In this document: one piece after another, positions 20,425-30,538 of the stretch
How positions within the stretch are numbered: position 1 is the first letter of the stretch
Layout: each line of letters begins with the position of its first letter
Origin: Theionarchaea archaeon
Lineage (GTDB): Archaea; Methanobacteriota_B; Thermococci; Methanofastidiosales; SZ-28-30
Length of the DNA stretch: 64,000 nucleotides
Assembly (NCBI GenBank): GCA_018992685.1
Contig: JACVGT010000034.1
Span: 14,735 to 78,734, forward strand
Direction of reading: 5' to 3'
Program-made: the position numbers and the translations under genes
Notes under the pieces: generated by a model
The model's input: only the letters and a program-made list of their open reading frames with translations
Database searches by the model: none
What the model was told of the DNA's origin: nothing

Positions 20425-21153
20425 TTATCTCTTCCATCTCTTCTCAATGTCTTCCTTCTTCATGCCAAACCGTTTCTCAAGATAGGCATAGGTTCCCTGC
20501 AGGTCCCGCTCCATGTCCTTCAAATAGTCTGGGTTATTGAGGCAAGAATTCTCGGGGATCTTTTGCCCCTTTACCGGGACAGCGTACATGTCCATCAATT
20601 CGCCCATTCTCTTGTCTCTGAACTTGATTTCCACTTTCTGTCCCACAAAGATATCAGTAGGAGCAGTAATGACTTGCATGGGGATAGTGGTGTCACTACC
20701 CTCTATTTGTACGTATGCCAGAACAAACGGCAGCATCTCCAGGAAGGCATCAGCCGAAAATAGCATTACAGAGAAGGTGTGTACTTCACCTTTCAGAGGC
20801 AATTCTACCCATTCAGTTTCAGCAACCTTACACGTGGGGTTCCAGCAGTGCATCCGTGGGGGGCAATACGTCGTACCACACACAGGACACCGTGTTCCGT
20901 ACAAGGTCTTCTCAATTAGTCCCCTGAAGAATTTCGAGACCAACCCGTAGGAATGGGTAAACAGTGCTCCATGGGGTCTATTCACCAGCATGAAGTCTCC
21001 CACTTTGGCATCCTCGATCTTTCCCGGACCACACGGTGCCTTGATAAACTGGTATCCTTCAACTCTGAAGTTTCCTTTCCTCGCCCAGGCTTCCCACTCC
21101 TTGTAAATGGGGGTGGATTCATCTTTCTCCACTTTGATTTTTTCATCTGCCAT
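20425..21153 (-). CDS. DUF35 Zn-ribbon/OB-fold acyl-CoA-binding protein
   Basis: GTRCPVCGTTYCPPR.HC..P.C; GEVHTFS; adjacent to thiolase-like gene. Confidence 0.88.
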   Translation of the reverse strand: MADEKIKVEKDESTPIYKEWEAWARKGNFRVEGYQFIKAPCGPGKIEDAKVGDFMLVNRPHGALFTHSYGLVSKFFRGLIEKTLYGTRCPVCGTTYCPPRMHCWNPTCKVAETEWVELPLKGEVHTFSVMLFSADAFLEMLPFVLAYVQIEGSDTTIPMQVITAPTDIFVGQKVEIKFRDKRMGELMDMYAVPVKGQKIPENSCLNNPDYLKDMERDLQGTYAYLEKRFGMKKEDIEKRWKR

Positions 21154-21158
21154 TGCAA

Positions 21159-22439
21159 TCACCTCGAGTACACAATCACGCCGCCCTGGCACCCGGTACC
21201 ACCGTGTCCTGTGGTAAGGGCTTTTTCAGCGTCTGGGATCTGCAGCGTAGAATCACCGAATTTCTCTGGAATTCTCCCCGAAAGCTGCCAGTACAGAAAC
21301 AGCGACTGCATCAACGAGGTAGCCCCAACAGGATGTGCAAAGGACGTCAATCCGCCACTTGCCTGACAGGGTAGTTCTCCGGACCGCTCTACGATTCCCT
21401 CCCGGATCATGGTCTTACCTTCACCTCGCTTGCAGAACTTCAAATCCTCATAGAGAGTCAGTTCCACGCCGTCATATGGTGCAAAGATTTCTGCCAGATC
21501 GATTTCTCTTACAGGGTTCTTGATGTCGGCTTCCTTATAGGCAGTGACTGCTCCTTCCCTCAGGGAGCCGAAGTTTGCCATATCGGGATAGGGAGTTTTG
21601 GGTTTCTTGACAGTATCAGGATAGATCTTCTCGTCTTCAGGGTATACACCATGATATGCCCAGTCCACGAGCCTGTCACCCGGTCGCATTGAGTCAGTTC
21701 CCAACCCCACTCCTTCAAACCACATGGGAGTGTCACTGTATTTTTTGGCGACCTTTTCAGATGCCATCAATAAACAGCAGGCGCCCTCAGAGATTAAGGC
21801 ACAGTTCATTCTCCTGTAGGGCCAGGCCACAATTCTGTCTTTGTAGTAGTCCTCAAGCGTTATGTAGCCTGTTCCGTGCTCACTTCTCCACTGAGAATAC
21901 GGGTTGTGGGTAGCATTATTGTGGTTTTTCACTGCAATTTTCCCAAGGTCTTCAATCGTTTCGCCGTACAGCTGCATGTGTCTCGTTTCCAGGCAGGCAT
22001 AGTACCCATTATAGTATCCACCAACAGTGAAATCCCAGTCCGTATCTGATGCCGATGCGATAAATTCATTGGTTGTGGCAGTGTCAACCTCAGACATCCA
22101 TTCCCAACCAGGAACAAGTACCAAATCATAGTATCCAGATTTGATCAGGTAATATGCATTGATAATGGCATCCAAGGGAGTGCTTCCTCCGGATTCAACC
22201 CGGTATCCTGGTTTTCTGTGTAATCCTAAATAGTCTTGGATAATCCACCCCATGCATAGCTGCTGGTTCAAGTGATCACTGAAATAGGACATCATGACAA
22301 ACTCAATGTCCTGGGGGTCCAGTTCCGGTGTGTCATTCATGAGGTCTCGGAATGCAATAGCCACTCCTTCCTCGGCATTCTCGTATCTGAATCTGTCTCC
22401 ACGAAAGATACCACCACCGACTATAGCTACTCTACTCAT
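21159..22439 (-). CDS. Thiolase-domain (SCP-x/Ltp2-like) protein
   Basis: AVKNHNNA..NP, SEGACCL, SGGL..AHPVGAT; nucleophile position reads VESGGST (no Cys). Confidence 0.85.
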   Translation of the reverse strand: MSRVAIVGGGIFRGDRFRYENAEEGVAIAFRDLMNDTPELDPQDIEFVMMSYFSDHLNQQLCMGWIIQDYLGLHRKPGYRVESGGSTPLDAIINAYYLIKSGYYDLVLVPGWEWMSEVDTATTNEFIASASDTDWDFTVGGYYNGYYACLETRHMQLYGETIEDLGKIAVKNHNNATHNPYSQWRSEHGTGYITLEDYYKDRIVAWPYRRMNCALISEGACCLLMASEKVAKKYSDTPMWFEGVGLGTDSMRPGDRLVDWAYHGVYPEDEKIYPDTVKKPKTPYPDMANFGSLREGAVTAYKEADIKNPVREIDLAEIFAPYDGVELTLYEDLKFCKRGEGKTMIREGIVERSGELPCQASGGLTSFAHPVGATSLMQSLFLYWQLSGRIPEKFGDSTLQIPDAEKALTTGHGGTGCQGGVIVYSR

Positions 22440-22733
22440 TGATGTACCTCCTCTTATCATAGATAACGAAGCCACTGTGGCGTACTATGGTTTGCGGATG
22501 GAGAATGATGTGACCTGCAGCATTCACCCTGGTCTCCCGGGCGAGTGTGGCTGCTGGCTGCAGATGGTGGGGTTCAATACATATAATGAACCAATCAACA
22601 TGCCGGCCGGATTGATTCCTGCACCATCCCCTGCGCATGAGGTTGCCCTGTACACGACATCCTTCCATGATGCATCGGAAGTCACAGATAGAGAATCTGT
22701 GTACCCAACTCCCACGATTGCAGCTCTGATCAT
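22432..22733 (-). pseudogene. Frameshifted, internally deleted thiolase-domain remnant
   Basis: MIRAAIVGVGYT...SWKDVVYRA...AGINP continues in another frame as RHVDWFIICIE (thiolase N-terminus pattern); only ~300 nt. Confidence 0.6.
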
Positions 22734-22927
22734 TCATTCACCTCTTTCAGGTCTTGCAGGCAGATTTGTTCTACCACAGTAACCTCTGCTAGACTTTACG
22801 GGCTTCCTTTAAAAGCATAACCTTTACATATGTAAATAATGGGATGAGTAGAAGGTGGGACAGGATAGGGTGTGTACAAGGAAGGTGGCATCGGTATGTT
22901 TTAATGTACAGAAGAGCTGGAGTCTTC

Positions 22928-24025
22928 ATGCACTACCACCTGATTCTGACAGATCAGTGTAATCTAAAATGCAGGTATTGCTATGAGAAATCAATACTAG
23001 ACAGTGGGACTCCTTCACGGTTTACGTATGATTTTTCAGCACCCTCTACGTTTTCCGTGAGTATTGAAAGACTGAAACGGTTTCTGGAAAAGGATGAGAA
23101 TCCCATCATTATATTTTATGGAGGAGAGCCCTTGCTGGAACTGGAAAAGATGATGAAAATCATGGACTCCCTTGACGTGCCATACAGGATACAGACGAAT
23201 GGGTTGCTCCTGGACAGGGTTCCCCGAGAGTATGTGAAGAGGGTTGGGAGAATTTTGGTTTCTCTGGATGGGGACAGAGACAGGACTGATCATAATAGGG
23301 GGGAACATACATTCGACACAGTGATGGGGAATATTCGCACTATTCTCCCCTGGTATCCTGGCGAGATTGTTGCACGAATCACCATTGCGCAGGATTGCCC
23401 TGACATTTGTGAGCAGGTTCAGTTCTTGGTTGGAGAGGGGTTCAGGTCAATTCACTGGCAGCTGGATGCAGGATTCTATGGGTTTGATTTTGATGAGCGT
23501 AGGTTTGCAGAGTTTGTGGAGAAGTATAATGAGAGTATTGGGAGGTTGGTCACGTTCTGGGTTAGAAATCTCGAAAAGGGTAATTTCCTACGGTTGTATC
23601 CTTTTGTGGGCATTATTTCTTCGTTGCTAGATGGAGAGACAACGAGAGTACGATGTGGAGCGGGCCATGCAGGGTACTGTATTACCACTGATGGGAAAGT
23701 TGTGGCCTGCCCCATTGGGTGTTTTGCAACGGAGTTAGTGGCAGGTAACCTGGAGACGCATCCGGAGGATTTGAAGAAGTTCGACGTTTCTGGCAGATGT
23801 CTGGAATGTGTATCAAGGGATATATGTGGGGGAAGGTGTTTGTACTGGAATAAAACGAGGTTGTGGCCAGAAGAAGGGGACAACCTGATCTGCAACACAG
23901 TTTCTCACCTCATCAGAGAATTGAAGGAAGTGATACCTGTAATTGAGAAAATGATCTCTTGTGGTGTAGTCAGGAAAGAAGATTTTGCGTACGAAAAGTA
24001 TTTTGGTCCAGAGATCATTCCTTAG
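22928..24025 (+). CDS. Radical SAM/SPASM protein, AF0577 (TIGR04084)-like
   Basis: CNLKCRYC, YGGEP, CGAG...CP, C..C..R..CGGRC, C-terminal EIIP. Confidence 0.85.
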   Translation: MHYHLILTDQCNLKCRYCYEKSILDSGTPSRFTYDFSAPSTFSVSIERLKRFLEKDENPIIIFYGGEPLLELEKMMKIMDSLDVPYRIQTNGLLLDRVPREYVKRVGRILVSLDGDRDRTDHNRGEHTFDTVMGNIRTILPWYPGEIVARITIAQDCPDICEQVQFLVGEGFRSIHWQLDAGFYGFDFDERRFAEFVEKYNESIGRLVTFWVRNLEKGNFLRLYPFVGIISSLLDGETTRVRCGAGHAGYCITTDGKVVACPIGCFATELVAGNLETHPEDLKKFDVSGRCLECVSRDICGGRCLYWNKTRLWPEEGDNLICNTVSHLIRELKEVIPVIEKMISCGVVRKEDFAYEKYFGPEIIP

Positions 24026-24057
24026 GTGAAATCTGCGAATCTTCCTGGAGAACACTC

Positions 24058-24423
24058 TTACTCTCTCATGGTTCTGAGACGGTCCAGAGCCTCACGATAT
24101 TGTCCTCCCTGCTCGGCCTGCTTTTCGAGGTTTCCGCAAGGAAAGTCGTCACACTCATGACACCCTTCATACCCTTTCTTGTCGATACAACACACCAGAA
24201 TGGGACATTCAGGTGACCAGTGAACAGAACGATCACCACGGCATCCCTTGCAATACATGTTCCGACTGATAATTTCTTCGGTGCCCTCATTCTCCCCAAT
24301 CAACCCTTGAGTCTGAAACCACTTTACAATTCGCTCAGCAGCTTCTGAGTCAAAGGGGATTCTTCTGATATCACAGACTTCACAATCCAATCCACAAACA
24401 GCAATCATTTCTTCACATGTCAT
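24058..24423 (-). CDS. DUF3795 Cys-rich protein
   Basis: CGLDC..C, C.GC, C.I..CC, C.EC..FPC. Confidence 0.85.
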   Translation of the reverse strand: MTCEEMIAVCGLDCEVCDIRRIPFDSEAAERIVKWFQTQGLIGENEGTEEIISRNMYCKGCRGDRSVHWSPECPILVCCIDKKGYEGCHECDDFPCGNLEKQAEQGGQYREALDRLRTMRE

Positions 24424-24482
24424 TACTTCTCTTTGGCTTCTGTAGTTAAAAACCTGTCAGTCAATCAGGTGGGAACGCGGCA

Positions 24483-24503
24483 TTCGATTTACGGTGGATA
24501 ATT
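24483..24503. repeat. 21-bp motif identical to 59024-59044
   Basis: ttcgatttacggtggataatt at both loci. Confidence 0.85.
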
Positions 24504-24655
24504 TGTAACTCAGGAAATTCGAAGAAGACAGGTTTCATGGGTTCAGAAAGCTGTCTCAGTCTTGAACGACTCTTTGCCTTGCATTCTTAGAAAGAGTTGA
24601 TATCTCTCCTCGACCGAACCGCCTGTCGCTCGACCGTGACATCCATTGGTTGGGG

Positions 24656-25381
24656 TTATTTCTGACAGCTCACAACCTGTTCTACAGGATACTCTACTCC
24701 ACAGCAGTTAATCTCTGCCGAATAGTCTTCAAAGAACTCTGGCTTCAGGACCCATTCCTTCAAGTGGCAAAGAGCAGCATCTCCCGAGAGTTTTACAGGG
24801 GTCAGAAAATATTCCACCGTGATTCCAGAGAATCCAGCAGAATGAAGCACTCCCGCCAGTTCATCTGCAGGAGGAGAAAACCAGTCGTGGTCAAAGAGAG
24901 GGTCAGCTGAATACGCGTCAGCTATTATAACCAATTCTTGAGCCCTGGTTTCCGGGTAAGGACTCAAACACCCGTGGACAAAGGTTCCACCCTCTCTTAG
25001 AATTCGATGGAATTCATTAATCGTTTTCTGGGTATCATTTCTCGAGAGATCACACAGCAATTCATTACTGACAATGAAGTCCACAGATCCAGTATGAATG
25101 CACATATCCCTCACATCTCCCTTGATGATACTGATGTTCAGTGCCCTCTCTTTCAGTGTGTTCAGGTCTCTCTCATAGACACCACGATATAGATCGTAGC
25201 ATAGAATTCTCGACTCCTGCAGCAAGTGAGAAAGATGTGTTGTCAGTGCACCATCACCACACCCTGCCTCCAGAATGACAGCATGTTCTGGAATTTCAGC
25301 CAGGCCAACCATGAACTGAGCTAGGGCATCATAATACTTTGCAAGCACTGGTTCAATTTCCTCTCGCGTTCTGGCTATCAT
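24656..25381 (-). CDS. Class I SAM-dependent methyltransferase
   Basis: ILEAGCGDG; VDFIVS; RILREGG. Confidence 0.85.
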   Translation of the reverse strand: MIARTREEIEPVLAKYYDALAQFMVGLAEIPEHAVILEAGCGDGALTTHLSHLLQESRILCYDLYRGVYERDLNTLKERALNISIIKGDVRDMCIHTGSVDFIVSNELLCDLSRNDTQKTINEFHRILREGGTFVHGCLSPYPETRAQELVIIADAYSADPLFDHDWFSPPADELAGVLHSAGFSGITVEYFLTPVKLSGDAALCHLKEWVLKPEFFEDYSAEINCCGVEYPVEQVVSCQK

Positions 25382-25467
25382 GTCTGATGAAGAGCATACG
25401 AGAATATCAATCTTTTTGTGAATTCAACTCAGATCAGGGTGCTGGGACAGTGTCATACTGCACTCTT

Positions 25468-26592
25468 TCATCCTTCAATTCTGGAAATATATTGGGGCGG
25501 AATGTGATCTGCCACATACACTATGTTGCTGGCCTTCTGGATGGAGACACCATTCTCCAGCGCCTTTTTAGCATCCACTTTCAGAAGGACAGGAACCTCA
25601 CAGTGCCTTTTCCCCACCTCATGAGCAACCTCAATGGTTGGCGACAAATGGACTTTCTGTCTGCCTTTGGGGTTCAGCCCTTCTCTCAGAATGCGAGCTG
25701 CCGCTTTCTCTGTTGTCCCATGGTACAAAACGTGAATGTCAGCTGGATTAAGATCTATTGAGACGGGGTAGGAATGTCCATAGACTGCCCGTATCTTCTC
25801 GTGAGAAATCTCAAATCTCCCCTTACTGTCACTATCTGCCACAGACTGAACAACTTGACCACCCACTCCAAGTTTCTTTCGCACCATTCTGGTCACTTCA
25901 TTGAGGGGGACAAACCCACTTTCTGAAATGCTGGGAGGAGGATGATGTCTTAGTATGTAGCTTATGTACTTGGACACCTCTTCTCGTGTGATCGTCATGA
26001 GAACCCGTGTGGGAGTGATTATGCTGTCAACGGTGAAGTCCCAGGCATCCTGAGGAACCCAATCAACAACCTGCATGTCATGGACAGTGACTACAATGGG
26101 TGAAGCAGGAATTTTACCGTTGGTTCTCAGAATTTGAATCTCTCTGTCTCCATATCCACCCCCCTTTCCGATTCTCCCTCCCATAAGATCAACTGCCACT
26201 GCTCCCTGGACCACCAGGTCTACTGCAGGAATATTGTCCTCAGGCAGTGACATACCCTGAGTAAGAGCACCTCTAATGGTCGATGCCTTTGCCTCAGTTC
26301 CTTTCACGGGGTTGACTTGGAGGAATCCTGATCTCAACCGAGGAGTTGGCATTATCAGAGTCTTTCCCTGTCGCAGCACCAATTCCCGGACGGGTGTTTG
26401 AGGTGAATCGGGAGCTACAAAAACGGTGCGGGCATTCTTGAATATGTCCAGCGTTCCAAGGCGTGAAGCTGCCCTTTCAGCTCCTTCAAAGTTAGGAATT
26501 CTCCCCCATGCGTAAGGAAATCGTTCTACACCTGCCATTTTCATTTTTTTCCAGATACTCTCTCGCATGACCTGTTTATCCGGACTCTTCAT
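25468..26592 (-). CDS. Fusion: 5-formyl-THF cyclo-ligase-like (MTHFSD type) + RNA 2'-phosphotransferase (Tpt1/KptA)
   Basis: N-terminal RIPNFEGA, PDSPQ, RIGKGGGYGD, VHD; C-terminal SYILRH, KGRF, IRAVYGHS, LYHGT, VHLS, GKRH; single reading frame. Confidence 0.88.
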   Translation of the reverse strand: MKSPDKQVMRESIWKKMKMAGVERFPYAWGRIPNFEGAERAASRLGTLDIFKNARTVFVAPDSPQTPVRELVLRQGKTLIMPTPRLRSGFLQVNPVKGTEAKASTIRGALTQGMSLPEDNIPAVDLVVQGAVAVDLMGGRIGKGGGYGDREIQILRTNGKIPASPIVVTVHDMQVVDWVPQDAWDFTVDSIITPTRVLMTITREEVSKYISYILRHHPPPSISESGFVPLNEVTRMVRKKLGVGGQVVQSVADSDSKGRFEISHEKIRAVYGHSYPVSIDLNPADIHVLYHGTTEKAAARILREGLNPKGRQKVHLSPTIEVAHEVGKRHCEVPVLLKVDAKKALENGVSIQKASNIVYVADHIPPQYISRIEG

Positions 26593-26779
26593 GTAATCAC
26601 GTTTCCTCAGGCAGCCATAAAAAGTGTTTGTGAACCCCGCTTTCGAAGTTCCCGTGTGTCTTTCAGCATACAGGAAAAGGTAATCACTCTTTGAACAGAG
26701 TCTCACCGCATCTGTCAGCAAGAATGATCTCCTCAGAATTCAGGTTGAACATGTTCCAAAAAAGAAAAGAAAGAAGGAA

Positions 26780-27550
26780 TTACTTTTTCTGTTCCTTGGG
26801 TAAGAACGCACGCAGTATCTCAATGGGGAAGGGCAGCACGACAGTGCTGGCATTCTCTGCACTGACCTCACTGATTGTCCGCAGTGTTCTCAGCTGCAGT
26901 GCTATGGGCTCTGCTGCCATTACGTGAGCTGCCTCAGCGAGTTTCTGAGCAGCCTGGAACTCACCTTCTGCGTTGATGATCTTTGCTCGTCTATCTCGCT
27001 CTGCTTCTGCTTGAGCAGCCATTGCTCTCTGCATGGTTTTGGGGATTTCTACGTCTTTAATTTCCACAGTAGATACTTTGATTCCCCAAGGATCTGTGGC
27101 TTCATCAATAATCTCCTGGAGCTTGGTGTTGAGCTGCTCTCTCTCTGCAAGCAACTGGTCCAGATGAGCCTGACCAATCACACTTCTCAAGGTAGTCTGT
27201 GAGATCTGCTGCGTGGCTGCAATGAAGTTCTGAACCTGGACAATGGACTTTTCAGGGTCCATTACCCTGAAGTACACCACAGCATTCACCCGCACAGGGA
27301 CATTGTCCTTGGTGATTACCTCCTGCACAGGAACATCAATGACAGCAGTTCGCAGATCAATCCTGAACATCTTATCAACGAGGGGAATGATGAGAAACAG
27401 ACCGGGGCCCTTGGCACCCAGCAGTCTCCCCAGCCTAAAGATGACACCCCGTTCATATTCTTTCACGATCTTAATTGCGTTGCTCAGGAAGATTACTATT
27501 ATGAAGAATACAATGAAAATCGCCGGAAACAATGAACCGATATCGACCAT
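26780..27550 (-). CDS. SPFH/band-7 stomatin-like protein
   Basis: EYERGVIFRLGR, TKDNV, QTTLRSVIG, AEAERDRRAK. Confidence 0.93.
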   Translation of the reverse strand: MVDIGSLFPAIFIVFFIIVIFLSNAIKIVKEYERGVIFRLGRLLGAKGPGLFLIIPLVDKMFRIDLRTAVIDVPVQEVITKDNVPVRVNAVVYFRVMDPEKSIVQVQNFIAATQQISQTTLRSVIGQAHLDQLLAEREQLNTKLQEIIDEATDPWGIKVSTVEIKDVEIPKTMQRAMAAQAEAERDRRAKIINAEGEFQAAQKLAEAAHVMAAEPIALQLRTLRTISEVSAENASTVVLPFPIEILRAFLPKEQKK

Positions 27551-27563
27551 TTTATCACCTCCA

Positions 27564-28892
27564 TTATGTTTCTTTCTCCACAATCAGGAGAAGACCCTCC
27601 CGGTCTATTACTCTCACTTTGTCACCTTTTTTGATCTTTTGCCTGGATTCGGCCTTCCACCGTTCTCCTCTGATCTTGATCTGTCCTTCAGGGTCCAGAT
27701 CCTCCACCGCCTTTCCTACCATGCCCAGGATTTCTTCTCCCCCCGTCTTTGCTTTGGAAAGGCGTAGCTTAACTACCTTGTATAGAGCAAAGGCGAAGAA
27801 GGTTGCGGTCACAATGGTTACAGCTATGATCACGTATCTGAACTCCACGTACCATTCCCTGGATACGAATCGAGACAACGTCTCCGTATCGCCGACGCCG
27901 ACTCTGAACAACATCAAAGAGCCGAAGAACAAGCAGACTGCTCCTGCTGAAACAAATAACCCAAAGGTTGGAGTTGCTGCTTCAATAATGAAGAATATAA
28001 ATGCTGCTATAATCAGAATAATGCCTCCCGCATTCAGATTTACGTATCCAAATCCGATTATGGCCAAAATCAGGCAGATGGCTCCCACCGTCTCTGGGAC
28101 ATGCCATCCAGGTGAAAGAAATCCGAAAATCAACCCATAGATCCCAATCATGAACAGCACATATGTGATGGTGGGGCTTGTTATTACGGAAAGGATTTTC
28201 TCGACGAGACCCATCTGGATCTCCACGATTTCGGCACCCTCAAGATGGAGCACCTGCACTTCACCAAATACAGGACCCCTGGTTTTCATCCCATCCGATT
28301 TCTCCAGAACCTCTGTTAAATCAGAGGCAATGACATCTGCCATGTCGGCCTCCAGCGCTTCTTCTGCAGTCAGGGTGAGGTTCTCCAACACGAATTTCTC
28401 AGCGAGTTCCGCATCCCGTCCATGGGATTCGGCCAGAGAACGCATGACACCTGCATAGAACCTCTTGTACTTTTCGGGGGCTTCCTGTATCTGCCCCGTC
28501 ATGGGGTCATAACCAATGATAGGTTCACAGGCCCCCATGGATGTTCCAGGTGCCATAGCCACTAGATGAGCCCCCATGGAGATGAACGTCCCTGCAGACG
28601 CTGCAATCGCTCCCTGAGGAGCTACATAAATGAGCACAGGAATCTGAGACTGGTCGATAAGCTGGATGATGCGCATCATGGCATCTCCTGCCCCCCCTGG
28701 CGTGTCAAGTTGAATAATGAGAGCGGACGCATCTTCTGAGACTGCAGTCTTAATTGCATCTTCAAAAACACGTTCCGTAGAAGGATTGATCTCTGCTGAA
28801 ATCTTGATTAAATAGACTTGCTTGGACTGAGCTCCGGCCTGGCAAGCCAAGAAGAGCATTGCAATGAAAAAATACAGATACACTTTTCTCAT
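27564..28892 (-). CDS. nfeD: NfeD membrane serine protease (stomatin operon partner)
   Basis: LDTPGG, AASAGTFI, TM bundle, C-terminal OB fold G.IKIRGE.W.A. Confidence 0.9.
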   Translation of the reverse strand: MRKVYLYFFIAMLFLACQAGAQSKQVYLIKISAEINPSTERVFEDAIKTAVSEDASALIIQLDTPGGAGDAMMRIIQLIDQSQIPVLIYVAPQGAIAASAGTFISMGAHLVAMAPGTSMGACEPIIGYDPMTGQIQEAPEKYKRFYAGVMRSLAESHGRDAELAEKFVLENLTLTAEEALEADMADVIASDLTEVLEKSDGMKTRGPVFGEVQVLHLEGAEIVEIQMGLVEKILSVITSPTITYVLFMIGIYGLIFGFLSPGWHVPETVGAICLILAIIGFGYVNLNAGGIILIIAAFIFFIIEAATPTFGLFVSAGAVCLFFGSLMLFRVGVGDTETLSRFVSREWYVEFRYVIIAVTIVTATFFAFALYKVVKLRLSKAKTGGEEILGMVGKAVEDLDPEGQIKIRGERWKAESRQKIKKGDKVRVIDREGLLLIVEKET

Positions 28893-28982
28893 GGGGAGAT
28901 GTGATTCTAGAAATATTTAAAGGTTGTGGTTTTCACAGAAGAGATCGTTCTTGAGAGCTGGCAATAGTCTCGCGAAAAAAAG

Positions 28983-29075
28983 TGGACTGGGAGGGATTTG
29001 AACCCCCGGCCCCCTCCATTTTGGCTACCATTGATGTTGCCAAGGAGGTGCGCTTCCGAACTGCGCTACCAGCCC
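28983..29075 (-). tRNA. tRNA-Ala(GGC) with 19-nt intron at 37/38 (29019-29037)
   Basis: Cloverleaf: acceptor GGGCTGG/CCAGTCC with G3:U70, D stem GCGC, anticodon stem CCTCC/GGAGG, T loop TTCAAAT; strict BHB; TATA ~25 nt upstream. Confidence 0.95.
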
Positions 29076-29161
29076 TTACTATCACCGTGACATTATCGTA
29101 TATAAAGATTGTGGTAAAGTCTTCACAGCAGCAAGATGTCTCTGTCCCTAACCATGGAGTC

Positions 29162-29920
29162 CTAATAATTCTGACGCTTCTGGAGTTCTTGGGTGATTTT
29201 CACAATTCTCAGCATATCCAAGGCTTCTTCCCGGCTGGCTGCTGCAATATATCCACAGGAGACCATGATGCTGCCTTCCAGGTTCAGCCGCTTGATGGCC
29301 ACATCAATATCCTCGTTTCGGGGAGAAGGACTGCCTGAAATCTCCTTCCACAATTCATCCAGGGGAAAAGAAAGTAAGTCCTTAGTCTCAATATCATCGA
29401 AGTCATGCTTTTCTCTTCTGATGATCTTTATCTCTCTCCTGAGGTCTTGTACAGTACGTTTCAAATGCTCAGATTCCTCCAAGATCTTCTCCAGGAAGAT
29501 CTCTTTCTCTTTCAGTTCGGCGTATTCAGTTCGCATCTCCAGGTATTCTTCCTCCTTTGCCTTGAGGTTCTCTGCCTCTTCTTCAAGTTCTATCAGGCGA
29601 GACAGCATGCCGATGCAGTGCATGGCTGATCTGATCATCCCATCTCTCAACGCCTTCTTGATTTTTGATGTGTCGTCGCTACCAGGAAGTTGTACGTGTT
29701 CCACATGACCCACCGACAGATCGGACAGCTCATTCTCCAAATTCTCTGATGCTACCAGGAGAATGTCTGCTCCCTTTGCAGCTTTTCTCACCACCTGTGG
29801 ATCAGTAGTGGGTATAATGGAGGAAATGCTAACATCAATATCCATGAATGAGGAATCTTTCAGAATCTTGGACAGAATTTCAACCTTTTCAGGATCTGTG
29901 GCAATTCTGATATCGATCAT
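29162..29920 (-). CDS. COG4026-like degenerate TOPRIM + coiled-coil protein
   Basis: DIRI...ISSIIPTT...[12 protein letters not shown]...VGHVE resembles archaeal TOPRIM/coiled-coil family; ATGA overlap with rpl37e. Confidence 0.65.
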   Translation of the reverse strand: MIDIRIATDPEKVEILSKILKDSSFMDIDVSISSIIPTTDPQVVRKAAKGADILLVASENLENELSDLSVGHVEHVQLPGSDDTSKIKKALRDGMIRSAMHCIGMLSRLIELEEEAENLKAKEEEYLEMRTEYAELKEKEIFLEKILEESEHLKRTVQDLRREIKIIRREKHDFDDIETKDLLSFPLDELWKEISGSPSPRNEDIDVAIKRLNLEGSIMVSCGYIAAASREEALDMLRIVKITQELQKRQNY

Positions 29921-30081
29921 GACCTCTTACTCCATACGTACCCCCTGATTTTCCGTGATCTCCCGAAACCACAGCTAGAGCACCTTCGTTTCCGTATATG
30001 ATAAGAATGATTGCCACATCGTCTGCACCTGACATGGGTTCGTTTATTCTTCTTTCCAAAAGAAGGGGTACCTTTTCCCAT
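29917..30081 (-). CDS. rpl37e: 50S ribosomal protein L37e
   Basis: Manual translation [54 protein letters not shown]; follows Sm gene; not in ORF track. Confidence 0.97.
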   Translation of the reverse strand: MGKGTPSFGKKNKRTHVRCRRCGNHSYHIRKRRCSSCGFGRSRKIRGYVWSKRS

Positions 30082-30093
30082 ACATACCACCCG

Positions 30094-30321
30094 CTATCTG
30101 ATGGTAGGTGAAATCAGAACGACGTTGTCTCCGCGGACCACCACATGACCCAGGCTTCGCACAGCTTCACCATTGTTCAATTCCTCTGCTTCTTCAAGCA
30201 CCAGATTCATGTGAATGTCATAACCAACCAGCTTTCCACGAAATTCTCGTGATCCTTTCAACTCCACGATTACATTACTGTCTAAGGCTTTGTGTATCAC
30301 ATCAAGCGGTTTTTCTGCCAA
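30094..30321 (-). CDS. Sm-like archaeal protein (SmAP1/Lsm)
   Basis: P.DV....[24 protein letters not shown]; TTG start with GAGGTGA RBS. Confidence 0.95.
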   Translation of the reverse strand: MAEKPLDVIHKALDSNVIVELKGSREFRGKLVGYDIHMNLVLEEAEELNNGEAVRSLGHVVVRGDNVVLISPTIR

Positions 30322-30538
30322 AGAATCACCTCTGCCGACTCTAGGAAAAGGTAAGTATTTAAAGTTAACGGAAGGCCTCGTTCACGCAGGTTCTGTGAAA
30401 GTAAATGAGGTCAAAGATGGAACCAAGTTGCCTGTAACGCTGTTCTGGACACGCTCGATGCAGTTGGTGCTGTCGAGAGTGCCAGCTTTCACGCGTCAAT
30501 TCCTACGAAGCATTTTTATATTCTAATGAGGATTTTCA

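Noticed and set aside
28982-29338. ORF 28982-29338 (+)
   Set aside because: Antisense to the tRNA-Ala and a CDS; spurious.
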